In this document: piece after piece, positions 36,720 through 49,719 of the stretch
Layout of the letters: every line of letters starts with the position of its first letter
Numbering within the stretch: the first letter of the stretch is position 1
NCBI GenBank assembly: GCA_030390025.1
Contig: CM059432.1
Coordinates: 73,968,001 to 74,032,000 of the forward strand
DNA: 64,000 bases
Source of the DNA: Squalus acanthias
Lineage: Eukaryota
Direction of reading: 5' to 3'
Notes under the pieces: model-generated
The model's database searches: none
What the model was told of the DNA's origin: nothing
Seen by the model: the letters and a program-made list of their open reading frames with translations, nothing else
Position numbers and translations under genes: made by a program

Positions 36720-37580
36720 ATTTACTAAATATCTAGACGAGAAAGTAATTCAAAACAGCCGGGACTGATTTCAGAAAGGAAGATCATGCTTGAAGTTTTG
36801 AGGTGATGGATATGGTGTACATGGACTTTTAAAAGCAAGCTGCAGACAAGGTACTACACGAGATTATTAAGGGGTATAGAATTAGGGGTAGGACAGCAAA
36901 TTGAATTTAAAAACTGATTAGAAGGGGCGAACGGTAGGAATTAGGGGCAGTTTCTCTGGTTGAAAGTGGCTCGTGGTCCTGCTCTGGGACCACTTCTGTT
37001 AACGGCGTACACGTCAATAATTCTGAGGACCAAAGAAAACAGCAAGGGGATAATGGCGTTCAGGTTGTGGAATGGGCAGATAGAATTCAAGGTCACTAAA
37101 TGTGAGATGGCATTTTATTAAACAATTATAGTTTAGGGGAAAATGGAAGAGCAGAGTGATTTGAGGTTCAGGTTCATAAGACATTCAGAGCAGCACTGCA
37201 AATTAATAAGCCCATTTATATTTAAAAAAAAACTATTGAAATACAGTGGATTAAGGCAAGAAGTATAGAATGCAAGTTGAGCTGTAATGGTGAATCTATA
37301 CAAAATCTTAGTAAGACCACAGTTGGAGTATTGTCCAGTTTTGGGCTTAACACTAGGAAGGATGTTGCTGCAATAAAGAGATTCTAGCACCGATTCACTG
37401 GAGAAAGACTGAAAAAATGAGGCTGTTTTTGAGAACAGCTGAGTTTAGAGTGATTTGATAGGTGTGTAAAATTGATGGGATGGGAGAAGGTACATAGACA
37501 TATGTTGAGTGGCCATAGGTACAAGAGAATTTTAAATTTGAGATTTAGAACATATAGCAGGAGAAACATTTTGGTGGCTC
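36720..37580 (+). mobile_element. Old CR1 RT fragment
   Basis: GATTTCAGAAAGGAAGATCATGCTTG (GFRKGRSCL-like) and [13 protein letters not shown] remnants. Confidence 0.7.
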
Positions 37581-37609
37581 CTTAAAACTTTTGGTCATCT
37601 TGCATAGAA

Positions 37610-38310
37610 GTAATTAGAATATACAGCACAGAAACAGGCCATTTGGCCCAACTGGCGTTTATGCTCCTTGAGCATCCTTCCTCATCTAACTCTATCAGTA
37701 TAACCCTCTATTTCCTTCTCCCTCGTGTTTATCTAGCCTCTCCTTAAATGCATCTATACTATTTGTCTCAACCACTCCCTCTAGAAATAAATCCTAGTGC
37801 TTGGTTTGCTGTTTTAAGGCCTTATTAACCTATGGTGCTACTTTTAGTTATTTGTGTATTTGTACTCTCCTCCCTTTGTTGCTCTACCCCATTTAGATTC
37901 TTATTTTCCAAGTAATATGCAACCTCATTTTTCTTTGCAAAAGGTAATACCTCACGCTTTTGTGTTGAAATTCATTTGCCAATTATATGCCCATTCTGCA
38001 AGTTTTTTAATGTCCTTTTTGTAATTTGTTTCAGTCCTCCTCAGTATTGACTATCCACCCAATTTGGTGTCATCTGCAAATTTAGAAATTGTGTTTTTGA
38101 TTCCAAAGTCTAAATTAAAATAAATTCTGAACAAAGTGGTCCCAGCACTTCTGCTTGTGGGACCCCACTTTCCACCTTCTGCCACTGTGAATAGCTACCC
38201 TTTACCCCTACTCTCTACTATCTGTCCTGAAGCCAGCTAACTATCCATTCTGTTACTTGTCCCCTGACTCTCTGCTCTGACCTTATTAGTCTTGTGGGCT
38301 AACCTATCCT
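37610..38310 (-). mobile_element. CR1 fragment with internal deletion
   Basis: Similar to 29185-30300 (ATACAGCACAGAAACAGGCCATTTGGCCCAAC..ATCTGCAAATTTAGAAA). Confidence 0.82.
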
Positions 38311-39274
38311 AATATCTGCTTATGTAGCTCGGTGCCAAATTTTCTTTCATCATGCTCCTGTGAAGTGCCTTGGGATGTTTTACTACGTTAAAGGCGCTAT
38401 ATAAATGCAAATTGTCATCGCCGCCACCACCAGTGATTGCCGTAGAGACCATATCAACATTTTTAAATATTAGGTACGTGATTGTAAGAAATGGGAATAA
38501 AAGGCTGTGATTAGCACCACTACTAATTTGTAGGATAAACACCAACATAGGCTGGGCTGATCGGCCTATTTTGTGATGTAATTTCTTTTTAATTCTCTAA
38601 TTTCCATCGGTGAACCCGCGTTGCCTATTACCTGATACTTAACTTTAGTACATGGGCAACAGTGTGCCACAGGGCAAATAATCTTCCTCCTTATTGTAAA
38701 CTTGCTACTGGATACTACATAGAACTGTATTCACATCAAAAACAAGTATTGGCCATGCCAGATAGGCATTCAGTGGTTCCCAACAAGGACCGTAATTTCG
38801 TTTTCCAAGTTGATATGCCCACAATTCAAACCTCCAGTGTGATCTTCAGTTTCTTGCATGGAAAACTAAACTCTTAACAGTAGTTCTACTTTAGAATTTA
38901 AAGGATCATTTGTCCCATCTTTTTGCTGATTCCATCTCTTGTACAAATCCTCCTTTTTCCCCACCCTCCGAGGCGCAAAAAATCTGTCAATTTAGGAGTC
39001 CTTTCAAATTCCTTTCCAAGCCCTTGTCTGCAAGCCTTGGGATTCCCAAACAATTTAATTATTTTGCAGAATGAATTACTTTTTCCATCTGCAGCAAACA
39101 TCCCTTTTTTTTACAGAAGTCCATCTGTTACCTTTTTGAAGGCATGTAAAGAATCAGACTTAACTGCATTCTCTGGGATCCTTTTCCAAAGATTATTCAC
39201 CCTCTGGGTAAAGTAAAACTCCTGGAAATCTAGCTTCATTCACTGCTTCCTCAGATTACTTTCTTTCTATTAAT

Positions 39275-42200
39275 TCACAGAATGTGGGCGTCGCTGGCAA
39301 GGCCAGCATTTACTGCCCATCCCTAGTTGCCCTTGAGAAGGTGGTGGTGAGCCCTGCTGCCTTGAACCGCTGCAGTCAGTGTGTTGAAGGTACTCCCACA
39401 GTGCTGTTGGGTAGGGAGTCCCAGGATTTTGACTCCGCAATGATGAACGACGATATATTTCCAAGTCAGGATTGTGTGTGACTTGGAGGTGAACATGGAT
39501 GTGGTGGTGTTCCCATGCGCCTGCTACCCTTGTCCTTCTAGGTGGTAGAGGTTGTGGGTTTGGGAGGTGCTGTCGAAGAAGCCTTGGTGAGTTGTTGCAG
39601 TGCATCTTGTAGATGGTACACACTGCAGACTGTGCCAGTGGTGGAGGGAGTGAATGTTTAAGGTGGTCGATGAGGTGCCAATAAAGTGGGCTGCTTTGTC
39701 CTGGGTGCTGTTGAGCTTTTTGACTTGTTGGAGCTGCACTCATCCAGGCAAGTGGAGAGCATGCCATCACACTCCTGACTTGAGCCTTGGAAATGGTGGA
39801 AAGGCTTTGGGGAGTCAGTAGGTGAGACACTTGTTGCAGGATACCCAGCCTCCGACCTGCTCTTGTAGCCACAGTATTTGTGTGACACGTCCAGTTAAGT
39901 TTCTGGTCATTGATAACCTCACCACCCCGGATGCTAATTGTGGAGGATTTGACTATGGTAATGCCATTGAATGTCGAGAGGTGGTTAGACTTCCTCTTTT
40001 ATTAGAGATGGTCATTGCCTGGCACTTGTGTGGCATGAATGTTACTTGCCACATCAGCACAAGCCTTAATGTTGTCCAGGTCTTGCTGCATGCAGGCACG
40101 GACTGCTTTATTATCTGAGGAATGGAACTGAACACTGCAATCATCACTTCTGACCTCTGATGGAGTGAAGGTCACTGACGAAGCAGCTGAAGATGGTTGG
40201 ACTGAGAATGCCCTGAGGAACTCCTGTAGTGATGATCTGGGGCTGAGATGATTGGCCTCCAATAACCACAACCATCTTCCTTTTGAGCTAGGTATGACTC
40301 CAGCCAGTGGAGAGCTTTCCTCCTGATTCCCATTGACTTCAATTTTACTAGGGCTCCTTGATGCTGTACTCTGTCAAATGCTGCCTTGATGCCAAGGGCA
40401 GTCACTCTCTCCTCTGGAATTCAGCTCTTTTGTCCATGCTTGGCCCAAGGCTGTAATGAGGTCTGGAGCCGAATGGTCCTGGTGCAACCCAAACTGAGCA
40501 TCGGTGAGTAAGTGCAGCTTGATGGCACTGTCGACAACACCTTCCATCACTTTGCTGATGATTGAGAGTAGACTGATGGGGCGGTAATTTGCCGGATTGG
40601 ATTTGTCCTGCTTTTTGTGGACAGGACATAGTTGGGGAATTTTCCACTTTGTCAGGTAGATGACAGTGTTGTAGCTGTACTGGAACAGCTTGGCTAGAGG
40701 GGCGGCTAGCTCTGGAGCGCAAGACTTCAGTACGACAGCCGGTATGTTGTTGGGGCCCATAGCCTTTGCTGTATCCAGTGTGCTCAGCGTTTCTTGATAT
40801 CACGTGGAGTGGATTGAATTGACTGAAGACTGGCTTCTGTAATGGTGGGGACGTCTGGAGGAGGCCGAAATGGATCATCCACTCGGCACTTCTGGCTGAA
40901 GATGGTTGGAAACGCCTTGTCTTTTGCACTTGCATTTTGGGTTCCACCATCATTGAGGATGGGGATGTTCATGGACCCTGCTCCTCCTGTTAGTTGTTTA
41001 ATTGTCCACCACCATTCACTACTGGATGTGGCAGGACTGCAAAGCTTTGATCTGACTCGTTGGTTGTGGGATTGCTTAGCTCTGTCTATAGCATGCTGTT
41101 TAGCATGTATGTAGTCCCGTGTTGTAGCTTCACCAGATTGGCACCTCATTTTTAAGGTATGCCTGGTGCTGCTCCTGGCATGCTATTCTACACTCATTGA
41201 ACCAGGGTTGGCCCCCTGGCTTGATGGTAATGGTAGTGAGGGATATACCAGGCCATGAGGTTTCAGATTGTGGTGGAATATAATTCTGCTGCTGATGGCC
41301 CACAGCATCTCATGGATCCTGAGTTTTGAGCTGCTAGATCTGTTCTGAATCTGTCCCATTTAGCATGGTGGTCGTGCCACACAACATGATGGAGGGTGTC
41401 TTCATTGTGAAGACGGGACTTTGTCTCCAAGGACTGCAATGGTTACTCCTACCAATACTGTCATGGACAGATGCATCTGCGACAGGTAGATTGGGGAGGA
41501 TGAGGTCAAGTAGATTTTTCCCTCGTGTTGGTGGTTCTCTCCACCTGCTGCAGGCCCAGACTGGCAGCTATATTCTGCAGGATTCAGCCAGCTCGATCAG
41601 TATTGGTGCTACCGAGCCACTCTTAGTGACATTGTAGTCCCCCACCCAGAGTGCATTCTGTGCCCTTGCTACTCTGTGCTTCTTCCAAATAGTGTTCAAC
41701 ATGGAGTTCTGATTCATCATCTTAAGGAGGACAGTAGGAGGTAATCAGCAGGAGGTTTCCTTGCCCATGTTTGACATGATGCCCTGAGACATCTTGGGGT
41801 CTGGAGTCAATATTGCAGACTCCCAGGGCCACTCCCTCCCAACTATATACCACTGGCCACCACCTCTGGTGGGTCTGTCCTGCCGGTGGGGCAGGACATA
41901 CCGAGGGATGGTGATGGAGTTCGGGACGTTGGCTGAAAAATATGAGTAGGACTGTCGGCTATTGCTTGACTAGTCTGAGACCGCGCGCTCAATTTTGGCA
42001 CAAGTCCCCAGATGTTAGTGAGGAGGACTTTGCAGGGTTGACTGGGCTTGGTATGCCTGTCCGAATCCTGTGCCTAGGTCGGTGGTCCATCTGGTTTTAT
42101 TCTTATTGTTTGTCATAGCAATTTTGTTACAACCGAGTTGCTTGCTAGGCTATTTCAGAGGGCAGTTAAGAATCAACTACAGGAAACTCTTTCGTATCCG

Positions 42201-42680
42201 GCACCGACGGGACCAGGATGGTGCCGGTTGATTAAAAATTCCGGATAACTGAGGTATATCGATCGAGGCTATTTTTAAAAAAACAAAAATAAAAAAATCA
42301 AGAAATGTGCAGTATAATTGGGTACTCACCTACAGAATGTTGTGTTAAATGGATGGTGGAAGATGCTTGATTAAGTACAGTACTGCCAGTTGAGGGTGAT
42401 CCATAACTCTTTAATTACTTAACAGTAAAACAAAACATATAAACGACTATACTGTAGCTTTCAGAGTATGAATTCTGCCAGTTATTAGAGAATTCTGGAT
42501 ATTTAGGTGCCGTTTAAACGAGAGTTTCCTGTACATTGCTGTGGGTCTGGAGTCACATAGGTAAGGATGGCAGATTTCCATCCCTAAAGGGCATTAGTGA
42601 ACCAGATGGGTTTTTATGACAATCTGGAAGTTTCACAATCCGCATTACTGACACTAGCTTTTTAATTCAAGACTTGGACT
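39275..42680 (-). mobile_element. Near-full-length LINE of the second (CR1/L2-group) family: APE endonuclease + RT, decayed
   Basis: RT motifs MGPNNIPAVVLKSCAPELAAPLAKLFQYSY..NYRPISLLS..QFG; endonuclease remnants toward 41300-42030; same 3' tail as 13690. Confidence 0.87.
42180..42531. mobile_element. Tc1/mariner (Tigger-like) MITE, copy 2
   Basis: Perfect 11-bp TIR CAGGAAACTCT/AGAGTTTCCTG; TA TSD. Confidence 0.92.
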
Positions 42681-42768
42681 TGAGTGCCATCTGGGATATG
42701 TCCCTTTCTATATGGGTAATATTATGCTGACTGCAATTGAAAATCTATTCCTTCAATATGTGCACAAT

Positions 42769-43417
42769 AGCCCAGAATTTGCTGCCAAAATAACGGCGAT
42801 TAATGGTGTAAATTGTCCAGCAACTTTGGACGATTAAGAGATAATCTGTGAATTGAGAATTTCCACAAATTGCTGGCCGATTTGCACCGCTGCCTCAGGA
42901 AAATGGCAGCTCGCCCTCAACCTTCCAGTTAGTTTCCTGAGGTTGCTGCATTTGCACATTACTCACCGTAGAAAGTTAGGGCAGTACAGAACAGCGTAAG
43001 TACCTTTTTTTAACTGGGAGATTTTATATTCCTGCATGCTAATCAACCTCTCCAGCCCAGAAAGGGAACAATTTGAAGTGTGGAGTCTCATTCCTACAAG
43101 TAAATTGTTGGAGACTTTAAAATTTAAACTTTACATTTTTTAATTGATTTACTTTTCCTTTGTCTTTTTATCTCTTGATCCAATCTTTCTTTCCCTCTTT
43201 ATTTCTCTTTTTGTCTCTGATTCGCCCTCCATAAATCTCATTGGTTAAGGAGATAGACTGTTGGTTCCATCATTCACTAAGGTCCCAGATGCCCAGTTAT
43301 CAGCTCGCAATTCCAGCAACTTAAAGGGCAAAATATTTTCAAGTTGAAGGATGAGGGGGAATAAGTCTAACTAACTGGGCACGGCGTGAGATAACTCGCT
43401 CCAGCAAAATCTGGGCC
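42769..43417. mobile_element. Harbinger-type MITE (family B)
   Basis: TIRs AGCCCAGAATTTGCTG / CAGCAAAATCTGGGCC; body colinear with 31572-32283. Confidence 0.85.
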
Positions 43418-43640
43418 ATGATTTCTGGTTTCCCAATGAAGCTGTAGGCAGCGTTTATATACTTTCAGATGATGCGAATCAGGAGAACTTTAAGAAATTT
43501 GGTGTAATCTTAACAATTTGTGGCATGGTTTGTTTGGTGATTTGCTGTTCCATGTGTTGTCAAGCATCCACCCATTATGCCTTCCCTTGCCTTTTGTTGT
43601 AAAATATTATTTTGATACCGTTTGCCAATTACACTTTTAA

Positions 43641-43790
<150 letters not shown>

Positions 43791-44248
43791 TGACTATCTT
43801 CTTGCCTCCCCTGATAGAAATCTCATTAAAATGGTTTGCCATATCGATCACCATAAAGACTAGATTTGAACCAGACATTGCAAGCCCCTCTGATATTCTT
43901 TTCTTTTTGAATAAGACTGTTAGAAGTTGAATATATTTCTTTTTAAATAAATAGCTGTACAGTAAAGTAAGCATTTTAATTTAAGGGTATTGTTGGCCTT
44001 TTTCTTAAGTTAGCACAATAACAGGAGCTTAGGGCAGATGCAGGTGCTAACAAGTTAATACTGCTAGACCAGGACCTGACAGCAGGATGTGAGTCAGCTG
44101 TTTTTGAGGAGTGCACTCTTGTAGATAATCCTATCTACTGAATGAGTCACACATTTTTCAAAAAACTTGTAAGTGCATTCTTCTAAATTCATAAATTCTT
44201 GAACTGGATGTTTACTTGAAAATGTTCTTTAACCGAATGAAACTAATT

Positions 44249-44887
44249 GGGCTGAAATTTGCGGTTGGAGGCATGCCTCCGACCTGGGGAAAAAATCCAC
44301 AAGTACCTGGTGGCGCCGGGTTCTGGGCCTCCAAGCGTGAAGGCCCGCAGATCCCAAGGACGCAGGTGGTTCGGAAGCATCCCTGGGATCATGTGGGCCC
44401 GGCCAACCAATTAGAAAGAGGGATTTCTCAAGCTTATGGGGATTCCATTTACAAACGGAATCTGCATAAGCTTAATAGAAATCCCCAAATAAATAATTAA
44501 AACAATTCTAATAAAATAAATATTCCCATATTCAGAATTCATTAAGTCCCTTTGATTAAGCATTTAAAATAAAATTAAATAAAAAAAAAACATTTGCCCA
44601 AAATTTACATTAATTTTAAATATGTGTTCGTACGTTTTAATTTTAAAAATGTTAATTTATCCTTTTATTTTACCCCTTATGCTGGTAAAAGCGGGCCTTG
44701 CGCTGTGCCGTTACCAGGCGGATGGGTTTCGTGGGCAAACAACCCAACTCTGCGCCTGCGAAAGTGATTTTGGGATGCTTGGAGAAATTTGACGGATTGT
44801 AAGTTCGGGTTTTCGCGCATGCTGAAACCCAGAACTTGCGGGGCCATTCTGAGGGCTTGCCATCATCGGCCCTAGAAAATCCAGGCC
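44249..44887. mobile_element. Harbinger-type MITE (family A)
   Basis: Ends GGGCTGAAATTT / AAAATCCAGGCC; shares CCTGGGATCATGTGGGCC and the AT-rich core with 12188-12945. Confidence 0.82.
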
Positions 44888-45553
44888 ATGATTTTACTGC
44901 GGTTAAAATAATGAGCAAAATCTTGCTGGGGCGGGGCTTCTTGTTGCGTGAGCCATTAGTTAGACTTTTTCCCACACCCTTCAGCTCAAAAAAAAATGTT
45001 TGTCATAACTTGCTGGGAGTGAGAGCTGATAAGAGGGCATCTGGGACCTTCATGAACAACGGGATCAACAGTGTATCTCAACCAATGAGATTTAAGGATT
45101 GAGAAAAACAGGAATAACAAGGAAATAGGGTGAATTAGTCAAATCGGGTACAGAAGAGAAATAGAGGGAAAAAGATTGAGGGGAAAGAAACAAAGCCAAA
45201 GTAAGAATAAGAGAAATTAATTTGACTTTTTAAAAATCTCAATTTACTACATGCAGGAATGAGACTTAATTTTCTGCATGAACAATTTTCACATTAAAAG
45301 GGTACTTATGCTATTAGCCCTAACTTTCTGCCACGCATTTAGTGGACAATTAATCTGCAAATCCAGCAAGTTCTTAAAAATAACAGGGGAGACTAAGGGT
45401 GAGTTGCAGTTTGTGCAAGGCAAACTGTAAATTGAACAAATTCTGGAGATTCACAGCTCTATCTTGCCAGCGCCTGAACTTGCTGGCTGATTTGTACATT
45501 AATAATGGCGTGTGTCATTAGCGCACCATTATTTTTCCAGGAAGATTTGGCCC
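44884..45553. mobile_element. Harbinger-type MITE (family B, same orientation as 27067)
   Basis: Ends GGCCATGATTTTACTG / CAGGAAGATTTGGCCC; internal CCAATGAGATTTAAGG and GTCAAATCGGGTAC shared with family B. Confidence 0.8.
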
Positions 45554-47499
45554 ATTACTTGCTAAAAATACTAAGTAATCTTTGCTTTTTATTTTGATGC
45601 TCCTTTTAATTGGTTCTATTTAGGGGCAGCCATTGGTTTCACAAGTATTCTAGGGGAGGAGTTAACTATCTATCCACACTTCATATATAATTAATGCAAT
45701 GCTTTTGTTAGAGTAAACAAAGCAACCCATTTGCTCTCTTTAAAACAAAAAATAGTTTGGCACTTGTATCATTTCTATGTACTGTATCAAAATATTATTT
45801 CATTGTCTTTGGCCAACCTAGGTTGGTTCTGGTGAAACCATGTGTTGGGCCCACCCAGACAAATTTGAATCCTGACATCCTGCTGGGTGACGTGTCCTGC
45901 TCCTGCTCTATATAAAGCTCATTTTTTATTTAAAGTTGCTTTGAGTGCTATTCACTTTTTTCTGGTGCGATTTCACTTTTAATCATGTTCTCTTTAGCTC
46001 TAAGCTGCTCTCGTGTAGCTCAGCAGGGGTCAATTTTGTTACAACTTCAAGAAAGCCAATAGTCTTCAACAGTTGCCTCTTAAAGCATAAATTCCTGTAA
46101 AGGTGCTCAGCCCTTATGTATTGGAATTCGCCAAAGCATTAGATATCCGGGATACTCGCTGCTTCAGCAGGGTTGGTATGTTTCCCTCGAATTAGTAACT
46201 TCGGCTTAGCGCTCGCCTCAATACATAGCTTGGTATCTTTGATTGTGTCCTGAACCCACTATCTAGAATAAGGCCTAATATGATCAGAGCATGGGTAGCT
46301 CAGCTTTGTTCCTGGGAACCTGCCTCTGCTGTAAGAGTATTACAGAAACCAAGAGCTTTATCTGAATGTGTTCTTCGATTTAAATAATTTGGACCAGCTC
46401 CAGTAAACAATATATTCATACAGCCTGCTCTCAGACTACATTTGTGTTTTGAACGGCAGCGAGAGTCCCGCACACATGGGTCCGGCCCGGCGTGTGTTTG
46501 CACAGTGGCAGTGTCACTATTCAGTGATTTTAATATGTATTAAAGATAGTGCTAAACTGGTGGCTTTCCTTCAGTTAGAAGCCTTTGCTGTTCTGATTGT
46601 GTTCCCCACACACTGTTCAATTGTTTAGTTATAACTGCTACGTAACACTGAGCTGTTTTGCCTGATGTGTCACCCAGCAGCTAAGTGCTGGTATTTGCAG
46701 CATTGCATTTCCTAGCTTAAGTGCCATTGCCATGCTCTTGGCAGACAAAACCAGTACCACCCGCTGTTAAATTAAACTATGATCGATTCACTAGTACATT
46801 AAACTAGGGTATATTTTCATCACTGCACTCTTAAGCCTACCCTCAACCCATCTGTCTTCTCCAACTCCCTCCCTTTCCTCTCGAAGGTTCTCTAACGTGT
46901 TCTCAGCTCCCAACTCCATCCCCATTTCTCCAAAAGCTCTGTTTGAATCCTTTTAAGTCCAGTTTCTGCTGTGCTTTCAGCATTAAGACCATCCTGACAA
47001 GTCACAAATTCATACAAATATATAAAACGACAGACAGAAATGCATTGTGTCCCATTCATTTATGTTGCAATTAAGCAACATGACCCCAATACTTCCAACC
47101 ATATTGGGAGAGGCAAAATAACAGATTTTAAAAAACACATGGGCTAACTGGAGTTGGTGGGGGAAGGTGTGAAGGAGTGGTGCATTTGGGAAATTCCTTT
47201 TGACTCAAAAGCCATCATAAATGAGTTCCAGGAGATGACCACAAGATACATTAGCCAACACCTCCCCCCCCCCCACCTTTTGTATGCAGCAATATCTGAC
47301 TACTCAAGTTCTCTCTAACGTTTACAGTGAATGCAGCCACTGCATGAGCCGGCAACCTATTCCAAAGGTCAATAATCCTCGGATAAGAAAAACCTCCTAA
47401 TATCCTCTAAGAGTGCATTATCCTCCTTGTTCTCGGCTCTTCCACAGTGTTCGGTCACTATCCCCAACGCATTGAACTGAAATGCTAGTTCATGTCTTC

Positions 47500-47870
47500 A
47501 GATTTCTCCATGGGCTCACTCACTCTGCATCCTCCTCCAGCCTTTCATCGCCACCGAAATCCTTCAGTCCTCCAACTCTGGCTTTTTGTGCACTCACCCT
47601 TTTCTGCCATTGGTAGGCTTTCAGCTGCTTTGCCTGACTTCTCTGGGACAAATTCTCTCTTTTTCCTCGACCCGTCCCGCCATCCCACAGGAAAAAAAGT
47701 CTGCAGTTCCACTTCTCGTCATCCTTTAAAAACCATCTCAAAACTCATCATTCAGCTTTCGGTAAGCTCTTTGAACTTCCCCACCATAGCTGGTTATTGG
47801 TTTCTTAATTTTTTTCCTCTGCTTCTGTAAAGTGCCTCAGGATGTTTTTAATGTCCTATGTAAATGTTAT
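47500..47870 (+). mobile_element. Old L2-like LINE 3' end
   Basis: CCTCCAACTCTGGC..GCTTTCAGCTG..CCTTTAAAAACCATCTCAAAAC..CTGTAAAGTGCCTCAGGATGTTTT tail, resembling the Deu-SINE tail. Confidence 0.55.
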
Positions 47871-48361
47871 TGTAATTTTAAATAGGGAGGGGAGAAGAGA
47901 TTGCAACTTAATGCTGATTCTGTGTTTATCGTACTAGGAGATTTATTTGTAAATACTGTCACTTCAAATGTTCTGAACAGAGGCTCAGTAGAACACCACA
48001 AGCTCTGGATACACAGCTTCTGATTAAGGAGCTGAGATCAAAGAGGTTAAGTAATCCTCATGCATTTCACACTTTCACACTTCAACACAGGTACAAGTGG
48101 TCCAGCTGCATCCAGAATACTATCTAGTTTCGGACCTTGCTGGAGGATATTGCGGCACTGGAAAAGGTTCAGACTCAATTAAATCCTAGGTTAAGAGCCA
48201 TTAGTTTCAGGACCGGCTTGGAGAAAAACATAGACTTTGAGGGGCTATGATTGAGATCTTTAAAATAATGAAGGGATTTAATGTAGTCACTGGATTGATG
48301 ATTTTAAGTGAGATAGATGGGAGAAGACTGGGGGCATTCGTACAAGTTTTTTTTAGATAAG

Positions 48362-48480
48362 TTCCTGGGATGTGAGCGTCGCTGGCAAAGCCAGCATTTA
48401 TTGCCCATCCCTAATTGCCCTTGAGAAGGTGGTGGTGAGCTGCCGCCTTGAACTGCTGCAGTCCGTGTGCTATTAGGAAG
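48362..48480 (-). mobile_element. 3' tail of the second LINE family, inserted in an old CR1 remnant (~48080-48660)
   Basis: GCCAGCATTTATTGCCCATCCCTAATTGCCCTTGAGAAGGTGGTGG, as at 13720 and 39300. Confidence 0.85.
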
Positions 48481-49719
48481 TACTTTTTGCAGTGTCGTCA
48501 ACCTCTGGATTAAGTTGCCTGTACATGCTTTAATGTGTGGTAAGTGTAAAAAAAGAAGGGAGCTGGATGCGTTCTTGCGCGTGAAAGACATCTCAAGTGA
48601 AAGAAGATGGTATGTGTAGGTTGGGACAGTACAGGCTTGATGGACCAACTAATCTTTTCCTGTCGATTGCAAATTTTTTAAATCCCCAAAATACAGAAAT
48701 CAGTGGGAATTAGAGGACTAGTGTGATTTGACATTATTTGAATTATGAAATCCAGGCCTTGGTTCTGATGCAAATAAAAATTGAGAAGGCGTGGAAGGGA
48801 AATGAGATGAGAAATGGTGGGAATGAAGCTCAGGATGGTTTCTGTGGCTGTGCAATCCCTGAGAACTGAAGGCCCTGCTTCTGATGAATTGATGTGAACT
48901 TCATCACTTTGAGATTTTTTTTTTAATGTTACAATAATCTATAAAGATGCCTCTCCGATTTTAACTCTCTTTTGTTCTTTCTACTAAATGCTTTTCTTTG
49001 CTGAGGCAAAGTTGAATTTTCTCCATAAATGGCCATTCCTTTTACCTCCTTGCCCAAGCAAGCTTATGGCTTTGTGTTAGTGCTGCCTTGGCTTTGATAT
49101 GTGAGGCACAAAAGCATCCAAAGAGAAAGAAAGCTATTCTACAACATTATCTGCCTGGTGGGCTCGATGAGATGTTAGATCCTGTTAGCACTAATCAGTC
49201 TCAGAATAGTCAATGCTATCAGAGATGATGCTGCCACCAATTCACTAGCAGCTGGTACTTCTAATTAAGTAGTAAAATTATAGTTAAAAAAAGCATAACT
49301 GCTGAAGAATGGAAAAAATTCTTAAAGGGTTTATCATGCTTTGCAAGAAAGTCTTTGGAATAGAAGTTTCTGGCTTCTGGCATGTTTTGTTTTCCTGTAA
49401 AACTGTTAGCATATCAAGCAGGAAATTGGAAATGAGCCTTTCAGCACCTTCAATGAATAAACTCTCAAAGCCATACTAATCAGGTAGGTCTCAAGTTAGC
49501 TGATACCAGCAGGGCATCATTTGACACCCTACAATTTGCCTCCTTCCCCCCCCCGACCCCTTGGGTTAGGTGAAATTGGCCAGGATTCTTGTCCTCGCTG
49601 TTATTATGCGACACCCTGCTTGATTGTGTGCAGATGTTGAATGAGGACAGGATCAGAATTTGCTGTGATGCCCCTTGTGTCTCTTCAGTCGTTCACCTCC
49701 TCTCGGCACAATATACTAC

